Source: Candidatus Bipolaricaulota bacterium (lineage in GTDB: Bacteria; Bipolaricaulota; Bipolaricaulia; M55B111). From it: a DNA stretch of 64,000 nt. The stretch's first letter is position 1. The number at the start of each line of letters is the position of its first letter. The stretch is taken from NCBI GenBank assembly GCA_018400715.1, contig JAGYME010000005.1, positions 3,620 through 67,619 of the forward strand, in the 5' to 3' direction. This document shows positions 1 through 8,001 of this stretch, piece by piece. A program made the position numbers and the translations under genes. The notes beneath the pieces were generated by a model. That model was not told the origin of the DNA. It saw only the letters and a program-made list of their open reading frames with translations, and did no database searches.

Positions 1-1312
1 TGTGCTCGTTTCCCGTGGTCTTGTATACGGCGTTCTCGTGGCCGGGCACCGCTCTCGGCGACACGCCGCCCTCGGTAAACTTATGCCTGAGGTACGGTTC
101 TTCCAGAGCGTCCAGTTCTTCCTCGGTCAGGAACTCGCCGCGATCTATCTCCGCCCCTTCCATGTCGATTACGTCGGGGTCGACGGCTCTGACCGAGTCC
201 GCCAAATGCTGGTCACTCAACGTAATAACGGGCATCTGGTACTTCTCAGCAAGGTTGAACGACCTCGCACCGGCCTGAAAGGCCTCCTGGATTGTCCCCG
301 GCGTCAGCACGATTCGTGGAAAGTCTCCCTGAGAAGCGTGAACAATTGACATAAGGTCTCCTTGACCCGTCCTCGTCGGCAACCCCGTGCTCGGCCCGGG
401 CCGAGAGACCTCAGCTATTACCAGCGGTGTCTCCGTCATTCCCGACAGGCCAAGGGCTTCCACCATGAGCGAAAAACCTCCACCTGAAGTGGTCACGAGG
501 GCCCGTGCGCCGACGTGGCTGGCTCCGATCGCCATGTTGACGGCCGCAAGTTCGCTCTCCGGCTGCTTGGTGACGATATTAAGTTCCTTGGAATGCTTGG
601 TTATCCACTCCAGGACAGACGTCGACGGCGTCATGGGATATGCCGATATGAAGTTGCAGCCGCCGGCCACGGCTCCCAGAGCGAAGGCCTGATTGCCGTT
701 GATGACCATCCTTTCCCCGCTCTCCGGGATCGGTTCGAGGTCGTAGTTCGAAGAATACCCGTGTGAGTTGACGTACTCCACGCCAGCGTTTGCCACGTCC
801 AGGTTATTCTTGACGACCTCGTCACCCTTTACGGCAAAGTTCTCTTCGATGATTCCTTCGATGTAAGAAATGTCGAAACCGGTAAGGCCGATAATAGCGC
901 CAATCGCCGCCGTGTTGGCCATTATCTTCGCCCCGCCTTCTTCCATCGCGATCTGCTCCAGAGGTACGGGATATGGCTTTACGCCCTTCTCTTCCATTTC
1001 TTCCGCGTCCACGTCGAGGTCGTCGTCGTAGATTACCCCGCCACCCTCGACGATCTCATCGAGGTGTTCCGTCACCGTATCCTCAGTTATAGCTACGAGC
1101 AGGTCTATTCCTTCGGTATGGGAGTAAACCTGTTTCCTCGCCACCCTTATCTCGAAGAAGTTGTGACCGCCCCGAATTCTCGATCGATAATCCTGTCGAC
1201 CAAACGGGAACAGCCCGCTCCTCGCAATTGCTTTTATAAAGCCAAGCCCGGTGGAACGTATGCCCTGACCGGCGTTACCACCGAATACAATAGTCATGTC
1301 GTCTGTAACCAT
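1..1312 (-). CDS. 2-oxoacid:ferredoxin oxidoreductase alpha subunit (3' end runs off window; absent from ORF track)
   Basis: Manual translation from ATG at 1312 (SD AGGAGG upstream): MVTDDMTIVFGGNAGQG...YRSRIRGGHN...AYPMTPST...EDELAA...TTSGGGFSLMVE...RPGPSTGLPT...GVSPRAVPG...TGNEH, the KorA/PorA alpha motifs. Confidence 0.93.
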   Translation of the reverse strand, partial: MVTDDMTIVFGGNAGQGIRSTGLGFIKAIARSGLFPFGRQDYRSRIRGGHNFFEIRVARKQVYSHTEGIDLLVAITEDTVTEHLDEIVEGGGVIYDDDLDVDAEEMEEKGVKPYPVPLEQIAMEEGGAKIMANTAAIGAIIGLTGFDISYIEGIIEENFAVKGDEVVKNNLDVANAGVEYVNSHGYSSNYDLEPIPESGERMVINGNQAFALGAVAGGCNFISAYPMTPSTSVLEWITKHSKELNIVTKQPESELAAVNMAIGASHVGARALVTTSGGGFSLMVEALGLSGMTETPLVIAEVSRPGPSTGLPTRTGQGDLMSIVHASQGDFPRIVLTPGTIQEAFQAGARSFNLAEKYQMPVITLSDQHLADSVRAVDPDVIDMEGAEIDRGEFLTEEELDALEEPYLRHKFTEGGVSPRAVPGHENAVYKTTGNEH

Positions 1313-1357
1313 ATAACCTCCTGATCGCTTCCTGAAATTTCCTGTTGCCTCAGGACT

Positions 1358-1642
1358 TTACGTGGGAGTTCCCACTCTCGGGTTGTAAAAGGGAAGAGAA
1401 CTTCCCGCGCACTCGCAGGGGACCTCTCCATGGGTGCACCTAAATCCGACCGCGTTGGACATGTTGAAATCGTCGCAGACCGGGATGCCACGGATCGTAT
1501 TTGTCTTCTCTCCCTTGACCGGACAGTAGACCTCTTCCGCAACCCGACTTACGTCCTCCAACTTTCCGCCGCACTCGTCACACTCAGATAGTCTCTCCTC
1601 CGAATAGTAGATCGCTCCACAATCACGACATCTGTATTTCAT
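1358..1642 (-). CDS. Small Cys-rich protein with N-terminal rubredoxin-like/zinc-ribbon CxxC-x12-CxxC
   Basis: 94 aa ORF, SD GGAGGTG, CRDC...CDEC plus five further Cys; directly upstream of OFOR alpha. Confidence 0.7.
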   Translation of the reverse strand: MKYRCRDCGAIYYSEERLSECDECGGKLEDVSRVAEEVYCPVKGEKTNTIRGIPVCDDFNMSNAVGFRCTHGEVPCECAGSSLPFYNPRVGTPT

Positions 1643-1712
1643 CCCACTTCACCTCCGTGGGGAACTCGTGATTACCTTTACCGAAACGAGCGTCCTGGCG
1701 GTCTCGGTAAAG

Positions 1713-1751
1713 AAAAAAGACGATATACCCTTAACCTCCGGATATATCGTC
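1713..1751 (-). terminator. Intrinsic terminator downstream of SOR gene
   Basis: Imperfect inverted repeat GACGATATACCC / CGGATATATCGTC followed on the minus strand by a T6 tract. Confidence 0.6.
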
Positions 1752-1786
1752 GTAAATCCGCCCTTCAGCTGGGTCCACAGCCTTGA

Positions 1787-2167
1787 TTAAACTACCTCTA
1801 TCTCCTTCTCGTTCTCCCAAAGGCCATGAAGGTTACACTTCGCCCTGCCGCGCAGCGGATGGGCGTGGTCCAACTTCACAGTAGTCTTCATCACGTAGTG
1901 GGAATGTTCCGGGGTTAAGTCGAGTCTGGCCAAAAACGTGTCGCCGGAGTAAAGCTCCATCCATTCGATAAAGTGGGCGTTCTCGTTCGGGTGCTCCTTG
2001 TACTCGCCAACTTTTAGCGTTACTTCAAATTCCTCTCCGCCCTTTACTTCGTCAGGAGCCTCAATAACTACAGCATGCTTCTTCTCCAGGGCGTCCATCT
2101 CGTCGGGGTTATCTACGTTCGCTACGTTTACTCCACAGAAAAGGTCGTCTTCACAGCATTCAGCCAT
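1787..2167 (-). CDS. Superoxide reductase (neelaredoxin / class II SOR-like)
   Basis: EKKH, HPNENAHFIEW and CNLHGLW iron-site motifs. Confidence 0.92.
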   Translation of the reverse strand: MAECCEDDLFCGVNVANVDNPDEMDALEKKHAVVIEAPDEVKGGEEFEVTLKVGEYKEHPNENAHFIEWMELYSGDTFLARLDLTPEHSHYVMKTTVKLDHAHPLRGRAKCNLHGLWENEKEIEVV

Positions 2168-2237
2168 GTATTTTCCCTCCTAGAAAAAATAGAATAATTG
2201 ATAAAAAGGATCTTAGTACTTATGTAAATGACGGTCC

Positions 2238-2489
2238 CTACGGAGCTATAGTCTCTCCGGAGTCGTCAATAAGCTCGATCGCCATCATCGGACAACCATC
2301 GGCAGCCTGTTTTGCAGTTGATTTTTCGTCCTCGCCGATCTCCAGTATCTGGATCCCGTCCTCTTCGTCGGCGTCAATTAACTCGGCCTTGCCGTCGTCC
2401 GCCGTTTCGAAGTGATCGGGGTCGATCGCGGTGCAGACGAAGTTACTCTGACACGCGTTCTTGTCGAACTTCAACTTGTACTTAGCCAT
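2238..2489 (-). CDS. Single-cluster ferredoxin, probably [3Fe-4S]
   Basis: 83 aa acidic protein, CQSNFVC...AADGCP (second Cys of CxxCxxC replaced by Asn). Confidence 0.85.
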   Translation of the reverse strand: MAKYKLKFDKNACQSNFVCTAIDPDHFETADDGKAELIDADEEDGIQILEIGEDEKSTAKQAADGCPMMAIELIDDSGETIAP

Positions 2490-2604
2490 TATTTTATCAC
2501 CCCAGAATTATTTGGCTAAAAGAACCGAAAATGAATACGGCTTAATACTAAGTATAGTTTTATTCCCGCAGTTTTCAAATTAGGGATGGGGATCGGGCAT
2601 TTGG

Positions 2605-2632
2605 TTGAATCAGGCCATCCTCGGTTTATAAT
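2605..2632 (+). promoter_or_regulatory. Putative sigma70 promoter of fprA
   Basis: TTGAAT-N16-TATAAT ending 27 bp before the ATG at 2660. Confidence 0.5.
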
Positions 2633-2659
2633 CTTGTGTACTATAAGAAGGGGGGTTCT

Positions 2660-3850
2660 ATGCGCAAAGAAATCACGAGGAAAATCGACTGGATAGGTGT
2701 AAACGACCGCACTACGGACCTGTTCGAGGACTTTTGGCCACTTCCTGAAGGGATAAGTTACAACTCCTACCTGATAAAAGACGAGGAGAACGCCCTAATC
2801 GACGGTGTAAAGGAAGGATTTACGGAGGACCTAATTGGCGAAATAGGGTTCGACGGAGACGGACTGGACCTAGATTACGTGGTCATCAACCACATGGAAC
2901 CCGACCACAGCGGTTCCCTGAGGTCAGTTATCCGGCTCGCCCCGGACGCCGAGATACTCTGCACCGAGAAGGCAAAATCGATGCTCGGGGGCTTCTACGG
3001 GATAACCGATAACGTCAGAGTGGTGAAAACCGGCGATACCGTTACCCTGGGCAGCCGCGGGCTCGAATTCATCGAAACCCCCTTCGTTCACTGGCCCGAA
3101 ACAATGATGACTTACGAGAAAGAGGACGGCGTCCTTTTCTCCGGAGATGGCTTCGGTTCGTTCAAGGCGCTGGACGGCGGAATTTTTGACGACGAGGTCG
3201 ACGTTCAGGAATACTCCGACGAGACGGTCCGGTACTTTTCCAACATCATCGGAGCCTACAGCGCGACAGTACGAGCGGCCCTGGCGAAGTTGAAAGGCCA
3301 CGAAATAGAGGTCGTGGCTCCGGCGCACGGCCTGGTCTGGCGTTCCGAGCCGGAGAAAATCATCGAACAGTACTCCCGGCTCAGCAACCTGGAGAGCGAC
3401 CCGGCGGTCACCCTCGTGTACGGTTCCATGTACGGTTTCACTGAGAGAGTCATGGAGGCCGTGGCTAGCGGGGCCAGAAGCGTACCCGGGATCGACCTCA
3501 AAGTAATTGACGCGGCAAGGACCCATCCCAGCTTCACCCTGGCCGAATCCTGGAAGCGTGAGGGACTGATAATCGGATCGCCGACCTACGAGGCAAGGAT
3601 CTTCACTCCCGTCGAACAGTTTGTCAACCTGGCCACGAAGAAGAAGCTCAAAGAACGGAAGGTTGGTTTCTTCGGTTCATACGGTTGGTCTGGAGGATCT
3701 GTAAGGGAATTAAACGCAGCAGCGGAAAACTTGAACTGGGAGGCTGTATGTGATCCCGTCGAATTCAACGGGGAGGCCAACTCGGAAAAGCTGGAAGAAG
3801 GTTTCGCCCTGGGTGAAACGGTGGCCCAGGCCGTGGCTAAGGCAGGCTAA
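2660..3850 (+). CDS. fprA: Flavodiiron protein (FprA family A-type flavoprotein)
   Basis: GISYNSYLI, NHMEPDHSG, HWPETM, FSGDGFG, APAHG diiron motifs plus flavodoxin domain (YGSMYGFT, GSPTY, FGSYGWSG); ATG at 2660 preferred over GTG at 2636. Confidence 0.95.
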   Translation: MRKEITRKIDWIGVNDRTTDLFEDFWPLPEGISYNSYLIKDEENALIDGVKEGFTEDLIGEIGFDGDGLDLDYVVINHMEPDHSGSLRSVIRLAPDAEILCTEKAKSMLGGFYGITDNVRVVKTGDTVTLGSRGLEFIETPFVHWPETMMTYEKEDGVLFSGDGFGSFKALDGGIFDDEVDVQEYSDETVRYFSNIIGAYSATVRAALAKLKGHEIEVVAPAHGLVWRSEPEKIIEQYSRLSNLESDPAVTLVYGSMYGFTERVMEAVASGARSVPGIDLKVIDAARTHPSFTLAESWKREGLIIGSPTYEARIFTPVEQFVNLATKKKLKERKVGFFGSYGWSGGSVRELNAAAENLNWEAVCDPVEFNGEANSEKLEEGFALGETVAQAVAKAG

Positions 3851-3865
3851 GTGGACAAAACTGGA

Positions 3866-3905
3866 AAATAAAAGAGCCGAGGCCCCTCAACCTCGGCTCA
3901 AAAAT
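3866..3905. terminator. Terminator hairpin between convergent fprA and PCD gene
   Basis: Perfect 9-bp stem GAGCCGAGG/CCTCGGCTC; the A-tract on its left gives a U-tail on the minus strand. Confidence 0.7.
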
Positions 3906-3964
3906 TTCCATAGCCAAATTACCGTAATCCCTTTTCGCTAAGGCTTATTGCTCTACTTTACGGC

Positions 3965-4297
3965 CTATACCAGTTCGTCTATCTTTGCAGCAAGAATGAA
4001 GTCGTTCTCGTGCAGTCCGTCGATCGCGTGTGTGTACAGGACGATCTTTACCCTGTTGTAGTTGATGTCGATATTGGGGTGGTGCCCTTCCGCCTCAGCG
4101 ATCTCCGCAACCTGGTTGACGAAGTCCACCGATCCGTTGAAGTCCTTGAACTTGAACGACTTCTTTATCTTCGGTACCGATTCTTTGATATATTCCCAAT
4201 CGTTTACTTCGGTAAGCAACCTCTCTACTTCATCCGATTCGAGAGGAGGCACTCCACCTTCACAGGGAACGCATTCTTTTTGGGTTAGTTCGCTCAT
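3965..4297 (-). CDS. phhB: Pterin-4-alpha-carbinolamine dehydratase
   Basis: CVPCEGG, FKDF, AEAEGHHP, THAIDGLHENDFILAAKID; ATG at 4297 with SD AGGAGG. Confidence 0.92.
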   Translation of the reverse strand: MSELTQKECVPCEGGVPPLESDEVERLLTEVNDWEYIKESVPKIKKSFKFKDFNGSVDFVNQVAEIAEAEGHHPNIDINYNRVKIVLYTHAIDGLHENDFILAAKIDELV

Positions 4298-4407
4298 CTT
4301 AATACCTCCTATATCCTCGAGTCTCTGAGTCAATGCCTATGGCGTTAATTCAACACTTAAAAAGTATCTCAAATACCACGGTGAATCAAGAGTCGGTGGG
4401 CAGGGGC

Positions 4408-5700
4408 TCATACCTCCCCGAACGCCCTTTCCAGGTCGTCCACGATGTCCTCGGGGTCCTCTATGCCGACGCTGAACCTAAGCATGTCGTCCGTGATTCC
4501 AGCAGATTCCTTTTCCTCCTGACTCAACTGCTGGTGGGTGGTGCTTGATGGGTGTATCAACAGCGACCTGGCGTCGCCGACGTTGGCGAGAAAGGATATC
4601 AACTCGACGGACTCCATTACGGTCTCTCCCGCCTCGTACCCACCTTCTACGCCAAAGGTGATCACCCCACCGAACCCGTTTTCCAGGTAATCCGACGCGA
4701 GACCGTGAGTTGGGTGACTCTCCAGCCCGGGATAACGTACCCAGCTGACCGCTGGATGGTCCTCGAGATATTCGGCAACCTGGAGAGAGTTGTCACAGTG
4801 CTTATCCATGCGCAGGGGTAAAGTCGCCAGCCCCTGGAGGTTCAAGAAGGAGTTGAACGGGCTCTGGCTCGAGCCCAGGTCCCTCTGGCCCCTCGCTCGT
4901 GCGTTCACGATAAACGCGGCTTCACCAAACCTCTCCCTAAAGTTCAACCCGTGATAGCTCGGGTCGGGCTCGGTGAGGTTGGAGAAACTCCCTTTTTCCC
5001 AGGGGAAGTTGCCCGAATCGACGACAACTCCACCGATCGTCGTCCCGTGACCGTTCAGCCACTTCGTCGTGGAGTGCCAGACGATGTCAGCCCCGTGTTC
5101 GAAGGGCCGACACAGGTAAGGTGTAGCAAAGGTATTGTCGACGACGAGGGGAACGTTCGCCTCCCTTGCCAGACGGGCTATCTCCTCCATATCGGGTACA
5201 TCAAGCAGGGGGTTGCTGATCGTCTCCAGGTGGACAAATCGGGTGTCCTCGTCTATCTTTTCGACAAAATCACCCGGGTAATCGGAGTCAACCAACCTGG
5301 CTTCTATCCCGTATCGGGAGAGGCTCTGGGTGAAATACGTGTACGTCCCGCCGTAGAGGTTCGCAGACGAAACAACGTTGTCCCCGCTTTCCGCGAGGGT
5401 AAAGGTAATCAGATTAATCGCGCTCATCCCGGAGGCCGTAGCCAGGCCGCCAACCCCGCCCTCGAGTTTGGCTACCCTGTCTTCGAAGACCGCGGTAGTT
5501 GGATTGGAAATGCGCGAATAGATGTCGCCCTCCTCCTCCAGAGAAAAGAGGTTCCTCGCGTGTTCCGCGCTGTCAAATTCAAACGAAGCGGTCTGATATA
5601 TTGGGACCGCCCGCGGGTTTACGGGACCGCCGCCCGAGTTCTCGCCACCGTGTACGGACAGAGTGTTGAAATTAGGCCTATCTTGTTTATCTCCGCTCAA
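4408..5700 (-). CDS. metY: O-acetylhomoserine aminocarboxypropyltransferase / sulfhydrylase
   Basis: PIYQTASF, YSRISNPT, VDNTFATP, HSTTKW (PLP Lys), ANVGDARSL, THQQL. Confidence 0.93.
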   Translation of the reverse strand: MSGDKQDRPNFNTLSVHGGENSGGGPVNPRAVPIYQTASFEFDSAEHARNLFSLEEEGDIYSRISNPTTAVFEDRVAKLEGGVGGLATASGMSAINLITFTLAESGDNVVSSANLYGGTYTYFTQSLSRYGIEARLVDSDYPGDFVEKIDEDTRFVHLETISNPLLDVPDMEEIARLAREANVPLVVDNTFATPYLCRPFEHGADIVWHSTTKWLNGHGTTIGGVVVDSGNFPWEKGSFSNLTEPDPSYHGLNFRERFGEAAFIVNARARGQRDLGSSQSPFNSFLNLQGLATLPLRMDKHCDNSLQVAEYLEDHPAVSWVRYPGLESHPTHGLASDYLENGFGGVITFGVEGGYEAGETVMESVELISFLANVGDARSLLIHPSSTTHQQLSQEEKESAGITDDMLRFSVGIEDPEDIVDDLERAFGEV

Positions 5701-5772
5701 TGGGTACCTCCCCCTTGTGTGTTGGTTATTATATTGTTACACATGGAATGTCTATCGCCAAGGGATAGGTTG

Positions 5773-6151
5773 TCAGTCCGCAGTCCGCAGTTCGGGCTCC
5801 TGGGTTTTGGGTCTTAGGCTATGGGTATTGGGTTATGAGGGTTAGTCTTTATCAGCTTGTAGCTTGTAGCTTGTAGTGCGTAGTTTGTAGTTAATTCACA
5901 AAGGAAGTTGGTATTTAATCATGGATAGCCCTAAAGACCTCGACCGTTGACACCGAAAAACTGGTACCTGATACCTGTTACCTGGTAGCTCGCTAACGCC
6001 GCCAACCCCCGCTCACCGACCAATCCTAAATCCTACATCCTAACCCCTCAAACCTGGTACCTGGTACCGCCCACCCATTACCCATTAACCAATTCACCAA
6101 TCAACAAATCAACCAGTCAACCCATTAACCCATTAACCCATTAACTAATCA
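5773..6151 (+). repeat. Modular short-tandem-repeat element, copy A
   Basis: Blocks in order: (CAGTYCG)3, GGGTTTT/GGGTCTT/GGGTATT block, (AGCTTGT)n, non-repetitive core, (CTGGTAC/CTGATAC)n, (ATCCTAM)n, (CCCATTAA/CCAATCAA)n; 5788-5930 aligns at roughly 90% by eye to copy D 19892-20035. Confidence 0.9.
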
Positions 6152-6221
6152 TCAGAGAGGGGGCGCTTGGTTTGGGAAATCAACGTTGCAGGTGAGCCGA
6201 CTTAGAACGTCGAGGGGGAAC

Positions 6222-7085
6222 TTATTCCCCCGGCTCTTCGACCACGCTCTTCAACGCCTCCAGGGCGACTTCGAGCTGGTCGTCATCGGGTTCGCGGGTG
6301 GTAATTTTCTGCAGCATCAACCCGGGAAACAGGAAGGGTTTTAGCAGTGGGTTGCCCGCGTGCTTACCGGAGAAGCGGAGTATTTCGTAGGAAATCCCGG
6401 CAACTACGGGCAACAACAGAATCCTGGACACAATCTTTATCCACAGGGAGGGATTTCCCACGAGGGAAAAGACCAAAATGGCCACGACGAGGACTATCAT
6501 CAAGAAGGCCGTCCCACAGCGGGGATGGAGCGTGCTATAATCCCTGGCCTCGTCGACAGTCAGGTCCCTGCCGTCCTCGTAGGTGTAAACGGACTTGTGT
6601 TCTGCCCCGTGATACTGAAAAACTCGCTTGATGTCCTCAAAGTAAGTAATCCCCAGCAGATAAAGTAGGAATAGCGTTATCCTGATGAGGCCCTCGACCA
6701 AGTTGAACAGGATCGGGTTGGCATCGCTGAGGCCCCAGAGGTTGTTGGTCGCCCAGACCGGGAGCATGACGAAGAAGACTACCGCAACGACGACGGCAAT
6801 CCCCGTCGTCAGGAACGCTTCCTTGGTACCGAACTCCGCGTCTTCTTCCTCTTCCAAAGCGATCTCGGCTGACAGGTTGAGCGCCCTGATTCCGGTGCTC
6901 ATCATGTCGTAGAGGTTGAACAGGCCGCGGACGAAAGGTATATTGCTCAAGCGCTTGAACCGCTGACGGGACGTCATTTTTTCAACAACTATCTCCCCGT
7001 CGGCCTCGCGCCTCACGGCTACAGATATCCTGTCGCCGTTTCTCATCAATACGCCTTCAATTACCGCCTGCCCACCTACAGCCAT
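6222..7085 (-). CDS. DUF1385 family membrane protein (YqhQ-like)
   Basis: GGQAVIEGV, FQYHGAEHK, HPRCGT, TTREP motifs; follows rpmE as is usual. Confidence 0.92.
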   Translation of the reverse strand: MAVGGQAVIEGVLMRNGDRISVAVRREADGEIVVEKMTSRQRFKRLSNIPFVRGLFNLYDMMSTGIRALNLSAEIALEEEEDAEFGTKEAFLTTGIAVVVAVVFFVMLPVWATNNLWGLSDANPILFNLVEGLIRITLFLLYLLGITYFEDIKRVFQYHGAEHKSVYTYEDGRDLTVDEARDYSTLHPRCGTAFLMIVLVVAILVFSLVGNPSLWIKIVSRILLLPVVAGISYEILRFSGKHAGNPLLKPFLFPGLMLQKITTREPDDDQLEVALEALKSVVEEPGE

Positions 7086-7134
7086 TCAGGACCTCACTTC
7101 GTAAGTCGGGAAAATTAGGAAGGTTATCAAGTAC

Positions 7135-7404
7135 TTACTCTTCCGCGGCCTCTGACTCTTCTGCGCTTTCCTCTTCGACTTCTTCTTCTTCCGACTCCTC
7201 GTCAGAGTTTATACCATATTTCTTCTCAAACTTACTGATTCTTCCCTCAGAATCCAGGAATCTATCCTCCCCGGAAAAGAACGGGTGGCAGCTGGAGCAA
7301 ACGTCGACGTGCAGGTCTTCCTTCGTAGAAAACGTCTCGAAGGTGTTACCACAGGCACATCGAACTGTAACCTTTTTCAACTCGGGATGAATTCCTTCTT
7401 TCAT
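7135..7404 (-). CDS. rpmE: 50S ribosomal protein L31 (Zn-binding type) with acidic tail
   Basis: [20 protein letters not shown]. Confidence 0.96.
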   Translation of the reverse strand: MKEGIHPELKKVTVRCACGNTFETFSTKEDLHVDVCSSCHPFFSGEDRFLDSEGRISKFEKKYGINSDEESEEEEVEEESAEESEAAEE

Positions 7405-7472
7405 CGTTCCTCACCTCAGTAACGAAAATGGAACTGATCAACGAAAATATCTCTTGGTGATGAAGTGCTGGA

Positions 7473-7895
7473 TTAACGTTTGGAGAATTGCTGTCCTCTT
7501 CTGGCCTTGTGACGCCCAATCTTCTTTCTCTCGACCATTCGAGGATCACGTGTAAGCAGTCCTTCCTTCTTCAAATCGGACCTGTATTCATCATTTAAAG
7601 CTGTCATCGCCCGGGCAATACCGTGCTGCAGAGCTTCCAGCTGTGCCCTGTAACCCCCGCCTTCTACCGTAGCTTCGACCTCAAAGTTGTTCTCCGTGCC
7701 GGTAGCCTTAAACGGTTTCCTCGCCACAAGGTCGACCATTTCCTCGGTATAGGGCAAGCTACGGAAGTAGTCGACGGCGTCTTGATCGTTAACGGTTATG
7801 CTGCCGTCTCCGCGATCGAGGTACACGCGCGCGATCGCTTCCTTTCTTTTGCCCACACAATGGGCTCTATCGTGAATCATCTTGGGTTGTGCCAT
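7473..7895 (-). CDS. rpsI: 30S ribosomal protein S9
   Basis: GKRKEAIARV, GGG..AQ, LLTRDPRMVERKK, QFSKR. Confidence 0.96.
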   Translation of the reverse strand: MAQPKMIHDRAHCVGKRKEAIARVYLDRGDGSITVNDQDAVDYFRSLPYTEEMVDLVARKPFKATGTENNFEVEATVEGGGYRAQLEALQHGIARAMTALNDEYRSDLKKEGLLTRDPRMVERKKIGRHKARRGQQFSKR

Positions 7896-8001
7896 CTATA
7901 ATTCTACCTCCAGAAGTTCTTCCTTGAAATTTCTCTCTAATGATAAAAAACCAGTTCGAGGTTTGCAACGGGGGCGAATAAGTCGGCAATCCCGGCCTAA
8001 C

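Noticed and set aside
2-1324. Plus-strand ORFs at 2-349, 387-692, 515-766, 1064-1324 and similar long antisense ORFs elsewhere (e.g. 4951-5817, 13083-13712, 21730-22332, 51953-52621)
   Set aside because: Shadow frames opposite well-supported genes with clear motifs.
5701-5772. SAM riboswitch or T-box upstream of metY
   Set aside because: Leader is too short before the repeat element and lacks recognisable S-box or T-box motifs.
5884-5902. Rex operator within repeat copies A and D (TTGTAGTTAATTCACAA)
   Set aside because: Only one good half-site, spacing is 1 nt short, and the left half is explained by the AGTTTGT heptamer block.
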